Below are positions 37,300 through 50,232 of a stretch of DNA of 64,000 bases, piece by piece (position 1 is the first letter of the stretch; every line of letters begins with the position of its first letter). This DNA comes from Torpedo marmorata (taxonomy: Eukaryota). Made by a program: the position numbers and the translations under genes. The notes beneath the pieces were generated by a model. The model was not told the origin of the DNA, ran no database searches, and worked only from the letters and a program-made list of their open reading frames with translations. Location of the stretch: positions 21,452,001 to 21,516,000 of the forward strand of contig OZ360233.1 of the NCBI GenBank assembly GCA_977017645.1. The letters are read 5' to 3'.

Positions 37300-38090
37300 G
37301 AAGGTGCAAGTTGGGGCTAAAGGGGTTTAATGTAGGGAAGTGTGAGGTCAAGCACTTTGGTAAGAGAGATCCCAAGGTGGATTATTTTCTAAATTGAGAG
37401 GGAACGTATATCAGTCCATGAATCACAAGCAGTCTGGTCCAACAAGTCTTTAAGAAGGCAAAGGGCATGCTTGCCTTTATTGTGAAGGGAAAGGCTTTAA
37501 AATAGGGAGGGTTTGTTACAGTTGTACGGAGTGCAGCTGAGGCCACATTTGAACTACTGAGCACAGTTTCCGTCCCATTACATGAAAGAAATGCTGAGAT
37601 AGCATTGGAGACAGCCCAAAGGAAATTGACCAGGATCATTCCTGAGATGAGAGGGTTGCCCTGTCAAGAGAGGCTGGATAGTTTGAGTCCGAATTCCTTG
37701 GCGTTTAGAAGAATACGGAGTGACCTTATTCAAACATTTAAGATCTTCAAGGGAGATTGACAAAGATGCTTCCGCTAGTGAGAGTGTCACGAACAAATCG
37801 ATACAGGTTAAATTAAGAGGCTGCTCATTTCAACTGGCATCAACATTTAATATCTCAGAGGATCGTGAATCTCGGAAGCGTTTTGTCCCTGAGGGTAGTA
37901 GAGGCCAGATCATTTTATATACTTAACATAGAGATGGAAAAATATTTAAAAGATCGATAAATTGATGGTTATGGGGAACTGACACGGAAGAGTTGACGCA
38001 TCGAAGATCTGCCATGATCATATTCAATGAGCAGGTTTGATGGGTCTGGAGTTCACTTCCTGCTTCAATTTTCGTGATTCCTTGTGATTA
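37300..38090 (+). mobile_element. CR1 LINE 3' fragment
   Basis: Degenerate FNVGKCEV / RPHLNY..QF / ALETAQRKLTRIIP motifs of CR1 ORF2. Confidence 0.8.
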
Positions 38091-38307
38091 GCAAACTAGA
38101 ATTTTGCGAAGAGGTTCCCTACCCTCAACAGTCACTTGTTCTTGAGAGAATGACGATTCCAGCTTAACTAGGAAGGAAATAGCACCGATCATACAGAAAT
38201 AATAACAACCACTTTGCATTCACTTTAATTCACTACTCTAAGAATGAAACGAAGTTCCCGATGATTCTGACGACTCCCGGGGGCTTTGGAAAGAATGCAT
38301 CACTGTG

Positions 38308-38370
38308 TGGGATTTGGAGGGAATGAGACACTGGTATTTTGAAGCTGTACCAAACTTATCGTTATCGCTG
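38308..38370 (+). pseudogene. TRAJ: J pseudogene GFGGNETLVF*SCTKLIVIA
   Basis: heptamer CACTGTG 38301-38307, poor nonamer, TGA replaces the first Gly, donor GTAAGA. Confidence 0.85.
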
Positions 38371-39049
38371 GTAAGAATTCAGTCATAGTTTCTCGAATTA
38401 ATCTTGTCAGGAAAGGTGATAAATTCTGGTCCCAACATCAGACAAATAAAGCAACTAAACGCCTTCTTCACCATGCTATCTACCAGTGTCAATTCCCCGT
38501 TCAAATTATGTTATCTTGAATTGTGATTATTAGATTAGGCGTCTCATATTGATGCTGTCCAATTTTAGTCTCCATAAGATCAGAAAGAACATCAGACAAG
38601 TAGATGGTGATTTATAGTTCGTGTGAACAGGGTGGGAGATAGGTTAACTCGATGAATCCAATTATTAAGATGCAAGGCAAGAGAGGGTAGATATCGGGAA
38701 GGGTTCAGTAGACAAAGCCTGTTTCCAGACGGCTAAGAAGAACGAGAAGAAATGTCACTGTCAATTTCCTCAAAAGGGAAGAGAAGAGGATATTCTCCTT
38801 GGCTGAGATACCTGGGACCAACTGTAAAACTGTCAGAATAAGGGGTGGGAATGGGATGCGGATTAATTTAATCAGTGGGCAGTGAGTCTATGCAATTCTC
38901 TACCCGGGAGATTGTGGACATTCATCTGATATTCAGTAAGAATAGCGGATGGTTGATTTTTGGGTTATCAGGGATATCAGACTAGTGCACGAAATAGCGG
39001 TGAGGAGAAAGACCAGCCAAAAGCCTGATGAATGGCGCCGCTCCTATTC

Positions 39050-39440
39050 CTCACGAAAGGTTGATAGGCTTTGACTCCTTTTCCCTTGAGCGTAGGTGGC
39101 TGTTGGCGGACCTTGTGGGGATATATAAAATCATGAGGGGAATCGATAGGGTGCATGGAAACAGTCTTTTCACCTGGATCTGGGAATCTAAAACGAGAGG
39201 GTGTGAGTCTACGGTGATTTAAAATGGGACGTGATGGAAAGGTTTTTTGCACAGAAAGCGGTGGCGAAGTTGAAGAGACGGGTGCAATTATGACACTTAC
39301 AAGAGATACATGCACAGGAAAGATTTCGGGGGATAAAAGCCAAATGTGGGCATGTGGTACTAGGTGAGATACACTACTTGGTCGCCATGGACGAGTGAGG
39401 CTGATGGGCCTGTTTCCGTGCTGTGGGACGCGTTGACTCT
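39050..39440 (+). mobile_element. CR1 LINE 3' fragment
   Basis: RLIGFDSFSLERRWLLADLVGIYKIMRGIDRV; CR1-like 3' tail. Confidence 0.8.
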
Positions 39441-39681
39441 GTGGTAATGATTCAGGATATCCGCTTTCCCTCAGGACTTGGAAAAAAATAAAGTGAGAGC
39501 GAGCATTAAGATGCAGTAAAAATCAAGCTGCATATGTACGATGCCAAATGTTAATTGTCTCCACTCCCTCAATACCAAGATGAAGGCAATTCCTCCAAAC
39601 ATTTAATGCAAGTTAGGAGCTGCTCTTTGTTCAACAAAGATGCGTTGACTGGCCGTTATGGTGTTGCGAAATAAGGCCGTG

Positions 39682-39738
39682 TGAACGTTGGCAGGAATAA
39701 AATATTTGGGCCTGGGACAAAACTCTGCATAACACCAA
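39682..39738 (+). CDS. TRAJ: J segment NVGRNKIFGPGTKLCITP (weak RSS)
   Basis: nonamer CGTTATGGT 39654-39662, heptamer GGCCGTG 39675-39681, donor GTAAGG. Confidence 0.78.
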
Positions 39739-39966
39739 GTAAGGATGACAATTGTGTACGTTTGAACAGTAAGCCAAAGCAACACGTAATTGCGTTTGTG
39801 TTTAAAAGGTACCGTACTACCCTTCCCAATTTTGAAGCGATCCACTGGGATTAGATCATTAAAAGCATCCAAGATATACAAACAAAAGATGACCTTTCCT
39901 TAGTTTGATTTGAAAATGAGTTAAGAGTTGAGTCAATTAGTTATTGTTTGAGGGTGTCACGGTGTG

Positions 39967-40026
39967 TGAATGATAACAGTGGAAGGCTCATGTTTGGATC
40001 TGGAACAAGGCTTAAAATTCAACCCA
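39967..40026 (+). CDS. TRAJ: J segment NDNSGRLMFGSGTRLKIQP
   Basis: nonamer AGTTATTGT 39939-39947, heptamer CGGTGTG 39960-39966, donor GTGAGT. Confidence 0.89.
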
Positions 40027-40324
40027 GTGAGTTGTTCCAAATCTCTCTGTTTTTTTGTTCCTTAAGAAACGTGATTAACTAGATGATAGCCATTTTTCAA
40101 AAATTGAAGGTTAATAATCGTGCAGAAGCAAAACTACAAGGGGGCTGGGAGAAATTGTTAAATATTAATTCATCTGGAAAGCAAATAATACTGTTCCCGT
40201 TATGCTTCACCGAAGAGTAAGAACATTAGGGACCTTATAAAAAATGATTGGATATATTTTCGAATGTGCAACTTGAAACCAGAATTAGGGCATAACGTTT
40301 TTTGTACTGACGTGTCGTACAGTG

Positions 40325-40378
40325 TAGACTATAACAAACTTTTATACGGGTCAGGAACAAAGCTAACTATAATACCAA
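40325..40378 (+). CDS. TRAJ: J segment DYNKLLYGSGTKLTIIP (YGxG variant)
   Basis: nonamer GTTTTTTGT 40297-40305, heptamer TACAGTG 40318-40324, donor GTAAGT. Confidence 0.85.
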
Positions 40379-41159
40379 GTAAGTGCGATCTCACAGTATG
40401 TACGGGAGATAAATAATAGTCATTGGTTAAGAATGTCAATAATAAAATCCAAATTCTAGCCACCTCCTTTTCCCATTATGAATATTTAACCAGTTCACGC
40501 AATATAGGTTCCAGAGTATGATGTGAAAATGTCGAAGGAAACTCATTCTTTCTTTCGCCAGGCTTCACATTTCCGCCTGTCATCGTGTTGGCTCCGTTTT
40601 CTTATTCCATTATTGTTTTCTAGCCTCTTTGTTCGGTCCTACAGCATTACAATTTACAACACATTGCACAGATAAGGAAAGTTTTATTTACTACCGCATT
40701 AAACAATTTGGTGTCACCCTGTCAGAGATACTTCGTTTTGTACCACTCATCCCACCCCACCTTCTCTCCTCTTGAAAAATAACTTGCTTTTCCTCTGTTT
40801 ACCAGTTGTTACGAAGACTCTAGAAACCGACATGCAAACTGTTCCTCCTTCCACAGATTCTGCCGGGCCGCTCAGTACTTCTCGCATTTTCTGTTCTTAT
40901 TTCAGATTTCCAGCAACTTCAATTTAGGTGTTCTTTTTTCTGGACCACTTTCTTCCCTTTTCCATATTGGTTTCTCTACGCCCAGGAGAAAACGTGCGGA
41001 AACATTTAAGGGTAAAGACTGGGACTAAACTAAACTCTTTGTCCATTGTTAAAAACAAGCATCACATATTGAAAGGGCGAATTCGTTTCCTGAAAAGATT
41101 CTTCAAATGCATTATGCGGATGCTTGTCAATGATTTTGGTCACCGTGCCAATAGACAAC

Positions 41160-41655
41160 ATATTGTCAAGCCATAGAGAGTGCAGAGAAGATTTACGAGA
41201 ACGTTGCCAAGACTCGGGAAACTGAGCTACAGGGAGAGGTTGACCAGGCAAGGACTTTATTCCTTGGCGTGCAGGAGAGTGAGAGGTGACCCCATACGGA
41301 TAAAGAAAAACTTAGAGGAGTAGATTGCGTGAACGCAGAGAGTCTTTTGCCCACAGTAGGGGAAATCAAGTAACCAAATGGCATAGGTTTAAGATGAGGG
41401 GGAGAGATTTAACAGGAACCTGAGCGGTAACTTTTTACATAGAGGTTGTGGGTGTACGGAATGGGCTACCGGAGCAGGTGGTTGAGGCAGGGACTATTGC
41501 AACGTTTAGGAAGCATATGGAAAGATACATGGATAGGATAAGTTCAGAGGGACGTGGGCCAAATGCAGGCAGGCTTAATATGGGCGGCACATTTTGGTCT
41601 GCGTGGGCAAGTAGGGCCGAAAGGCCTATTTCCATGCTGTATGAGTCGATGACTC
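41160..41655 (+). mobile_element. CR1 LINE 3' fragment
   Basis: 'ATAGAGAGTGCAGAGAAGATTTACGAGAACGTTGCCA' (ERVQRRFTR-like), VVEAGTIATFRKH, 3' tail. Confidence 0.85.
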
Positions 41656-41813
41656 CACAAGTTAAACGAACAAGATTTACAAATTAAAGTTCGAAGAGCC
41701 AATATTTACACAAGGAATATTTGGCAATAAAATTGCACTTCCTGGTATAAAATTAATCAACCAATATTTATTGGCTAAATATATTCGTTTTTGTAGAGGG
41801 GCCAGGCACTGTG

Positions 41814-41870
41814 TGAATGTTGCAAAGGAGTTAATATTTGGAAGTGGGACAAGAATAACCGTTGTACCTC
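41814..41870 (+). CDS. TRAJ: J segment NVAKELIFGSGTRITVVP
   Basis: nonamer CGTTTTTGT 41786-41794, heptamer CACTGTG 41807-41813, donor GTAAGC. Confidence 0.93.
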
Positions 41871-42149
41871 GTAAGCCTTCAAATTTATATCGTGTCTACA
41901 AATGGTTAAAACAATAGCTACCTGATTACTTGCAGGTTTTAACAAGATTAAAGAATAATCGCCGCTTCAATTAGATAGAAAGACACCTAGATTACTACAG
42001 ATGTAGCCCAATTGTGTATATTCTTGACAATGTTTTCGATGGCTGGCAAAATTGGCAAATGAGAAACTGATAGGTTGTTGTAATGAACACTGGATTGATT
42101 GTACCTGTTGTAGTAAACTCTAGATTGATAGCAAAATAATGGCAGATTC

Positions 42150-42710
42150 TGAAATATAAAACAACCCCACAAGAAGCTGGTGAGACCGCGCTTTAAGTAC
42201 AGAGTGATTTTGTGGTCACCCAGCAATAGGAATATGTTATTAAGTTGTAAAGTGGGCATTAACGATTCACAAGGACGTTACTGGGACTGGCGGGCGAATT
42301 ATAAAGAGACGTTGGATAGAATGGGACGTTATTCCCTCGAGCATAGGCAGCTCAGAATTGTTTTATGGAGCTATTTGAAATCTTGAAGGGAATAGAATGA
42401 TAAAGTAAAAACTCCACGTGTTTTGGCCAGGGTATGGAAGTCTAAAACTGGAGTCCTTGATTTAAGGTGAGAGCGTAAATATTTAGAAAGCTGCAACTAT
42501 TTCACAGAAATACAGAACGAGCTTCCAGTGAAAGTGGTAGAGGCGGCTACAATTACAACGTTTAAAAGACATTTAGGCTGGTACATGGATAGGATAGATT
42601 AGAAAGATATGATATAAACGTAGGCAAATGAGACCAGGTTAGGTTGACAACTTGGTCGGCACGGACGAGTTGGGCCGAAGGGCCTGTTTCCGTACTGTAA
42701 AACTGTGTGT
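42150..42710 (+). mobile_element. CR1 LINE 3' fragment
   Basis: LVRPRFKY..LWSP motif; 3' tail GGGCCGAAGGGCCTGTTTCC. Confidence 0.8.
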
Positions 42711-42833
42711 CGTCATGGAAACAGAATATACTGGACACAGAAAAAGCTTAAAACAGTCACCAGATCAGGTAGCACCTGTGGAGAAAAACTATGATTGCTC
42801 AGGTCGAAGATCTTTCGTCAAGACGTGAATCTT

Positions 42834-44201
42834 TTTTTTAAATATTTTATTTAAAATTTTAAATTACAAATTACATAAGGTAAAATATAAAATTATCAAA
42901 ATACTTGTGATACATTTTTACCCCCCCCCCCCCCACCCTCCCTCCCGTCCCTAACCCTCCCTTCTCTACTAATCTACTAAAATTAAAATAAAAAAGAAAG
43001 GGAAAAAAATTAGAATAAGGAGAATGTCAATCTAAAAAATACATCTATAAACTAATTTTATTATGGAGGATAGGTTCGCCAGTCAGATCCGATGTCCAGA
43101 GATCTTCAAATCCTTAAACCAACAACCTTCATATATGGGCTCCATATTTTCAAAAAGAAATGATATTTATTACGTAGATTGTAAGTAATTTTTTCAATTG
43201 GTATACATGAACGATGTTCTGCATGCCATCTTTCTAACCCTAAATCTACATGAGATTTCCAAGTAATAGCAATACATTTCTTAGAAACAGCTAAAGCAAT
43301 TCGCGAAAAATCTATTTGATACATATTTAATTTCATCTTACACTAACTCTTTTAATATCTCCAAATAAAAATATCATAGGGTCCATTGGGAATGTAATTT
43401 TTAATACTTTATCTTAAAACTTTTTAACTTTCAACCAAAAATCATAAACTTTTGGACAGAACCATGTAGAGTGTACAAAAGAACCTTCCTCTCTATTACA
43501 TCTAAAACATAAGCCTGATAATGTGCGTTAAATTTATTTAATTTTTAGGTGTTAAATATAATTGATGAAAAAAATTATATTGAACTAATCTATATCTAAC
43601 ATTAATAATCTTCGTCATACTTAGTTTACATAATTCTTTCCAATGATCTTCATCTATTGTTACATTCAAATCTAATTCCCATTTTAATCTTGATTTATGA
43701 ATTCCTACTTTAGGCATTTTTCTCTGAAACAATCTATACATCTGAGAAATAAATTTATTTACACCCCTGTTAGTAACTAATAATTCTAACTCACTCTGTC
43801 TTGTTAAAATCAAATTATAACCTAATTTCCCCAACTAAAATTGCTCTAATTTGATAATAAGCAAAAAAGTGTATTATCCAATACATTAAACTTATCTTTC
43901 ATTCTTTGAAAAGTAATAAATGTACCAGCTTCAAAACAATCATTTATTTTCTTAATTCCCTTTTCAAACCAAATTTTAAATAATTGATTATCAACAGTAA
44001 ATGGAATAAGTTTATTTTGATATAGAGGCATTTTTAGAGAAATCAACCCTTTCTCTCCTATCTCACTATCCACTCTATTCCATATTTCTAACAAATGTTT
44101 AAAGATAGTAGAGTTATTCCTTCTTGTTAATATTAATTTAGAATTCCATTTATAAATAACTTCTTCTTTGAAATCTTCTCCTATATTAATTAGTTGAACT
44201 A
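42834..44201 (-). mobile_element. 5'-truncated L1-clade LINE with 14-bp TSD, inserted inside a hairpin repeat
   Basis: ORF pieces KWELDL..YRLVQYNFFHQLYLTP are L1 ORF2-like; TSD AAGACGTGAATCTT at 42820-42833 and 44202-44215. Confidence 0.9.
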
Positions 44202-45426
44202 AAGACGTGAATCTTGAACCATTAATCGTTTCTCTCTCGAGCATGCTGTCTGGCCTGCTGAGTGTTTCAAACAGTTCCCGTTTCCCTTCAATACAGACAG
44301 ATGGATATACGAGCAGATCGTAGGAAGTCAGGCAGACAGATAGACAGACAGACAACAGGCATAACTAGTCAGAGACGGGCGGGTCAGGGACGATTACAGA
44401 CGTACGTGAGGAGATGTGGTTTCTGTAGTTAAGAGGTTTTAGGCAACCCTCGTACCCTTGAACCACTTTTAACAAACTTTTACAAAATAAAATGTTACAC
44501 ATAAAATTTTCCTTCAATAATATTCGGACGTTCCCCGGTTGCACCAATCTTCTTGTGAGGGAAATACACAGAGAAATTGATAAAACGTGGGCCGGACGAG
44601 GAATTCAACAGATGCAAAATGTTCCAGAGTCTTTCATCCCTGCGTGTCGCTTCAGTCCGGCAGTCATTAGCTCTGTGCAATTAATTAAGAGACACATGCT
44701 GCAAAAATTAACATTGCTTTTCATAAAGATGCAAGCCATCGTGTTTGAGAAGTAAAACGAAAAATTAAATGAGATATTTAAATAGGAAACTCCAATGTCC
44801 TTGCGAAATAGGTGATTTTTACAGACACGTTTCAGAAAGATGGAGATTCATTTTGATCATGTATTCTGTGCTCCAATTTATAAAACTGGGCTGGGTGTAA
44901 AGGGCAAAAAACCAAATTCCTTGAGGATTTCCGCAGGTGTGGCAGTAACTGTGGAGGGAAATGGACAGTCGACGAAGCGCGATTTCCACCTGCAAAGTTG
45001 ACTGTCCATTTCCCTCCACAGATGCTGTCTGATCTGCTGAGTTCCTCCAGCAGTTTTCTTTTGTTCTCGATGCCACCATCTGTATTCTCTTGTGTTTCCA
45101 TAAATGCAAAGGGAAATCTGTGATGGAATTAACTTAAATGGGAAAAACAATGGATTTATTTGATTTGGACAGACAAAGGATTTGGATACACATTAATACT
45201 GAATGTTATTTTGTTAAAAGATGTGATAACATTTATTAAGTTGCATATATCTTTCTAACGTTTTGGATGGTAATTCTGAAATGAAATACCATCCTTACTT
45301 TTGAAATAGAAACATGATGATAATTAGCATTATGTGTCAATGTGAACGATGGAATTGTATTTTTCAAAGATGAATCAGACGTTTGATTGGCCGGAGAGTG
45401 TTTTTGTAGGAGGGTCGGGCACTGTG

Positions 45427-45489
45427 TGAATCTTGGGGGCAATGCTCAGTTAATATTTGGAAGAGGAACTTTATTAATGGTAGAACCCA
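45427..45489 (+). CDS. TRAJ: J segment NLGGNAQLIFGRGTLLMVEP (cassette type A)
   Basis: nonamer TGTTTTTGT 45399-45407, heptamer CACTGTG 45420-45426, donor GTAAGT. Confidence 0.93.
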
Positions 45490-45940
45490 GTAAGTGCGAT
45501 TTTTAAACTTGTTACTATTTTGTAAAAAGTGGTGTATTCAATTGTTGATGACCAGTTTTAATCTTTATCTTTTAAAATGACATGGACAAAATCGCCATCT
45601 TCCTAATCATAATTCGTGGAAAGGTCACTTCATAATCAATGTTGCAGTGGAGATGGTTTTGCATGCTTGTTAATAACAGCCAGCAGACAAGGTTCAATTG
45701 ATATACAAATGAACCAACAGATATGTAAACTGACGAGTGAACAGAAAGGTATATGCATAGATATATAGGGATGAAAAGAGACAGATAAGCAGTCAAATAG
45801 TTAGGCGAAATGAAATGAGGAGAGATAGGGAGAGAGGACGGGTGATTATTCCAAACAAAATAAGTAACTCTTAGCAATTTTACACGCTGAGGAAGAGCAC
45901 TAGAGCAATCCATAACAAAATCAGGAAAACGTATATATAT

Positions 45941-45979
<39 letters not shown>

Positions 45980-46117
45980 GAGAGAAGCGAACAATGTCTA
46001 ACTATGGAAGAGGCAGGCTAATATCAGGATATTGAATCAAACTGACGGTGTAGCTCAGTGAGTGATGATATTCTCACGTCAGCTTCCACGGTTTACAATG
46101 GTTGGTGTGATAGTGTG

Positions 46118-46174
46118 TGAATCATTGGAAATCCGTGCTTATATTTTGAAGTATATCATTGATTGCGAGACCCA
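46118..46174 (+). pseudogene. TRAJ: Degenerate J pseudogene (type C)
   Basis: GGTTTACAA 46090-46098, TAGTGTG 46111-46117, TTT TGA. Confidence 0.65.
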
Positions 46175-46331
46175 GTAATAATTTGAATAAATAATAGGTC
46201 AAATCTAAACTTTCGTGCAAACTGACAAAATTGGTGATTGCTATTATATCTTTTGAAATAAAATATGCATTAACAGTAGTGCAGCGGGAGGTCAACTAAA
46301 CTGAGTTCTTGTGAGGAGTTCACATGCTGTG

Positions 46332-46394
46332 TGAATTCTGGAGGGTTCAACAAGATAGTATTTGGAAGCAGCAGCAGGCTAATGGTTAATCCTG
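46332..46394 (+). CDS. TRAJ: J ORF NSGGFNKIVFGSSSRLMVNP (type D, FGxS)
   Basis: RSS 46304-46331, donor GTAAGA; second Gly lost. Confidence 0.82.
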
Positions 46395-47134
46395 GTAAGA
46401 CCTCAATATTCAAATATAGTTTCAAGCAGATTCCATGATACGATCAACATAGCATGCTGTGGGTATTGGACGTCAATAGATTTCAGCAATATTTTGTCAC
46501 ATGATACATAGTTAACACGAATACGTGAAAGCAATTCAATACACACTGATCTGATTCATGAGCGAAAACGTGAATAATTAATATGTATAACTAACGGGCA
46601 TAGATTCAGGGTAACTGGTAAAGATTGAGAGAGGATGTGAAAAGGACGGTCCACGCGGATGGTGGTTTGACTCTGGAAATCACTACCTGTTGAGGTGGTG
46701 GAGATAGAGACTCTCAAAGCATTAAGTACACGAATTATCAAGATCAAAAGGGTCTATGACTCCTCGAGGTAAACAGGAAAATCTGCAGATCCTAGGGTCT
46801 AGTGCACAACAGAGTGAATCAGCATAGACTTTGGCACTTCGGTCACCAAAGCTGTGCTGACCATCAATTCCCAGTTTCACTCATCCTGCACAGATCACAA
46901 TTATTCTCCAAACATTCTTCTCCCCAGACTCAACCGCTCAGCTACATAGTGTAAGCAATTTACAGACGCCAATCTTTTCACGCAGAGGGCGGGTTTCCGT
47001 CTACCTGAGAAGGTGGTGGAGGCAGGCATCTCACAACGTCCAAAGAATTTCTGAACGAGCACTAAAATCGCCAAAGCAAAGATGGTTATAGAAGCAGTGG
47101 TGGTAATGCGATGAGTAATGGAACTAGTGCAATA

Positions 47135-47400
47135 CGTAAATGTGCTGCAGAAACAAACCAGTTCATAGACCATCCATAGGAAGAAAGGGATAACCAACGT
47201 TTTAGCCCTGGGCCCTTCGACAGCAATAAGAAAAGAACATTTATTCGACCGGAAGAAGGAAATGTTTTGATTCTTATTCCTGACGATGGGCCCATTCCCG
47301 AAACGTTGGTTACACTTTACTTCCTATGGATGCTGCGTGGCCTGATGAACTTCTCCTGCGCGTTGGTATATTGCACTTGACCCCGGCGTCTACAGGTTTT
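47135..47400. mobile_element. Palindromic Penelope-like repeat with hammerhead-like cores on both arms
   Basis: Inverted arms; + strand CUGACGA-U-GGG CCCAUU CCC-GAAAC-GUU at 47280-47307, degenerate reverse copy at ~47196-47224. Confidence 0.6.
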
Positions 47401-47570
47401 CTCGTTCAACAGTTAACAAGAGTAGGATAAGTATACAATTGTACCTGATGATCAGCATGACCAGGGTCGGCCGAAAGGCCCATTTCGGTACTGAATGAAT
47501 CTATAACTCTGTAACTTAGTTGAATTTGGAACCAGATAAGAGTTTGTTTGAACAGAAACGCAGTTCTGTG

Positions 47571-47627
47571 TGAATAATCTCAATGTGATAATGTTTGGGT
47601 CTGGAACCAAATTAAATGTGGAACCGA
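47571..47627 (+). pseudogene. TRAJ: J NNLNVIMFGSGTKLNVEP with lost donor (type E)
   Basis: heptamer TTCTGTG 47564-47570, poor nonamer, donor GGAAGT. Confidence 0.82.
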
Positions 47628-48303
47628 GGAAGTCAAATTTATTACGTAATATGTATATATTGTGGGAAGTGAACGTTCTGATATTTTGGAAATAGCAGGT
47701 GGATGTCATTAAAAACAAATTTCAGAGACTGTAAGTGATTGGGTGGTGCCCTGGTAGGTGACTTCTATGGATAATGGGGTGTACAAAAATGGACGGCACG
47801 GACTCTTGGGCCGAAATGGCCTGTTACCGTGCTGTATGTCTAAATTTAATTAACGTTGTGATAGATCGGGGAAATTGCAAAACTTTAAAAGGTGATCAAC
47901 GCATGTCGAATGTGTTAAATGGATAATTAACTTCATAGATTATTCAGAGGAATCTTCCTAACACAGACAATAATTGATGGGAGGTAAACGCGGCCACGTT
48001 TAATATGATTAGTTGGGGATTGGGGATAATCGTGTTATTGTGGGGAAAGGGAAAAAAGCGAAAACAAGTTAACGTTTCAGAGAGATTGGAGAGGAGTGGA
48101 GGAGTCACCTGGAAATATCTTTGACAGAGTGAAACAAGAGATATTATCAGAAAATGCTGCAAACTCTCAGAAATCCCACGGATTACATCGTCCTCTCTTT
48201 ATCCTTATCATAATTTCCCCATCCTATATATAAAATATAGCTTCACTGAGATCGCCAATATTGGATTGGCAGGGAGTATATTGTAAGAGGTTTGAACACT
48301 GTG

Positions 48304-48363
48304 TGAATTATGCAGGCAACAGGCTAATATTTGGAAGTGGGACCAGACTGACAGTAGGACCTC
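48304..48363 (+). CDS. TRAJ: J segment NYAGNRLIFGSGTRLTVGP (type B)
   Basis: nonamer GTATATTGT 48276-48284, heptamer CACTGTG 48297-48303, donor GTAAGT. Confidence 0.9.
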
Positions 48364-48429
48364 GTAAGTGCTGACATTCCCAATGTGTGTTCAAAATCGA
48401 TGCTTTCCATAAGTTAGTCAAAGAGTCTG

Positions 48430-48490
48430 TGAATGATTAGAAATAGGTGCTCATATTTTCACGAGGTACTTCATCATTGTGGGTCTGATC
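48430..48490 (+). pseudogene. TRAJ: Highly degenerate J remnant (type C)
   Basis: Positional and sequence paralog of 46118 and 54953. Confidence 0.5.
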
Positions 48491-48668
48491 AAATGTTCCA
48501 CTTTGAACCCATAATGCCTCAAATCTCAAACCAACTGATTCTTCTATCTTATCATGCAAAACTACCAAATAGTGAGGGCGTTATTTTATTTCTTCAAATA
48601 AAATATATAACAATGGTGCAGAGGGAGATCCGGTACATTAAGTTCTTGTGAGGGGATTGTTTGCTGTG

Positions 48669-48731
48669 TGAATACTGGAGGTCTCAACAGATTAGTGTTC
48701 GGAAGCGGCACCAGACTTAATGTTAATCCCG
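48669..48731 (+). CDS. TRAJ: J segment NTGGLNRLVFGSGTRLNVNP (type D)
   Basis: nonamer AGTTCTTGT 48641-48649, heptamer TGCTGTG 48662-48668, donor GTTAGT. Confidence 0.88.
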
Positions 48732-49429
48732 GTTAGTATTTAATATTCAATACTAGTTTACAGGCGATTTTTATATTCTGGTGAATAAAACATGCTGTGG
48801 GTGATGGACACCAAAGATTTCAGCTGTATTTTATCCTCCAGAGGTAACATAAATACGTAAAAGCAGCTCAATCAACACTGATCAAATGCATCCGATACAA
48901 TGACAGATTGATATTTAACTCACATATTTGGTCATACGTTAGCACAACGAACTGGCCAACATTTAGGCTCAGTGGAAATAAGTTTAGATGAGATCTGAGG
49001 AGGATTTTTCTCCCGGATGGCAGTTGCACGTTGGAGATTCAAGTCCTTAATAACAAAAGGGTCTCTGCCTGATGGCTTGATGGAGGCAAAGTCTCTCGTG
49101 GTATTAGGGACTTGAAACGCCAAGGTCCAACGAGTCATAGATCATGGAAATAAAACAATCAGACCCCGAGACATACTGGCCATTAAGTATCCAATTTCAC
49201 GCATCCGACACAGGTCTTATATATTCTACAAACATTCTTGCCCCCAGGTTCTAACGCTCAGCTGCACACTCGGGGCAACTTACGGCCGCCACTTTGTTCA
49301 GCCAGGATGTTGGGGTTCAGTATACTTCAGAAAGTGGCGGAGACATAACATGTAAATCAATATCTGGACGAGTACCTGAACCGCGGAGAGGGAGATGTTA
49401 TGGACAAATTGCTGGTTAATGGGATTGGA

Positions 49430-50045
49430 ATAGAGTCATACAGTCATTCAACGTGGAAACAGGCACTTCAGCCAAATCTTCCCACGTCGACTAAAAATAT
49501 TCCCACCCGCCCTAGTCCTCCCTGCTTGTGTTTGGCCCATATCGCTATAAACCTATGTACCTTTTTAAATGTTTCTTCAACATTGCAACAGTACCTGCCT
49601 CAGCCAACTCCTTCGGCAGCTTGTTCCGTGCCCCCACCACACTTTGTGTAAAAATTGACTTCAGATTCCCATTAAATCACTCTCCGCTCACTTTAAACCT
49701 GTGTCCTCTGATTCTCTACTTCCCTACTCTGGGTGCGTTCACCCAATTTAATCCACTCATGATCTTTCACACCTGCATGAGATCACACTTCATCCTCCTG
49801 CGCTCTACAGACTAAGGCCCTAGCCTGATCAACCTCTCCCAATGGCTCAGCATCCCGAATCCAGGCAACATCCTCGTAGAACTTCTATTCACCTTCTCCA
49901 GCTTGACATCTTTCCTGCATCTTTCCGGCAACCAAACCTGAACACAATCCTGCAAATTGGGGCTCACCAAATTCTTACACAACTGTAACATGACCCAAGT
50001 TCAATCTCAATACGCTGACGGATAAAGGCTAATGTGCCGGAAACA
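49430..50045 (-). mobile_element. CR1 LINE 3' fragment
   Basis: Reverse complement resembles 41160-41655. Confidence 0.78.
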
Positions 50046-50175
50046 GTTAAGCACCTGATGGGCAGCATGTATATGGTGAACCAAATAGTCCATTTCTTTG
50101 CTGTGTAAATCTATGGCACTTACACTTATGTTGCATTGAGGACCAGGCAAGGGAATTCTGATATGCAGTACTGTG

Positions 50176-50232
50176 CGAATAACGTCAATGCGATAATATT
50201 TGCATCTGGAACCAAGCTAAAGGCGGAGACGA
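50176..50232 (+). pseudogene. TRAJ: J ORF/pseudogene NNVNAIIFASGTKLKAET (type E)
   Basis: heptamer TACTGTG 50169-50175, no proper nonamer, FASG, weak donor GTCATT. Confidence 0.8.
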
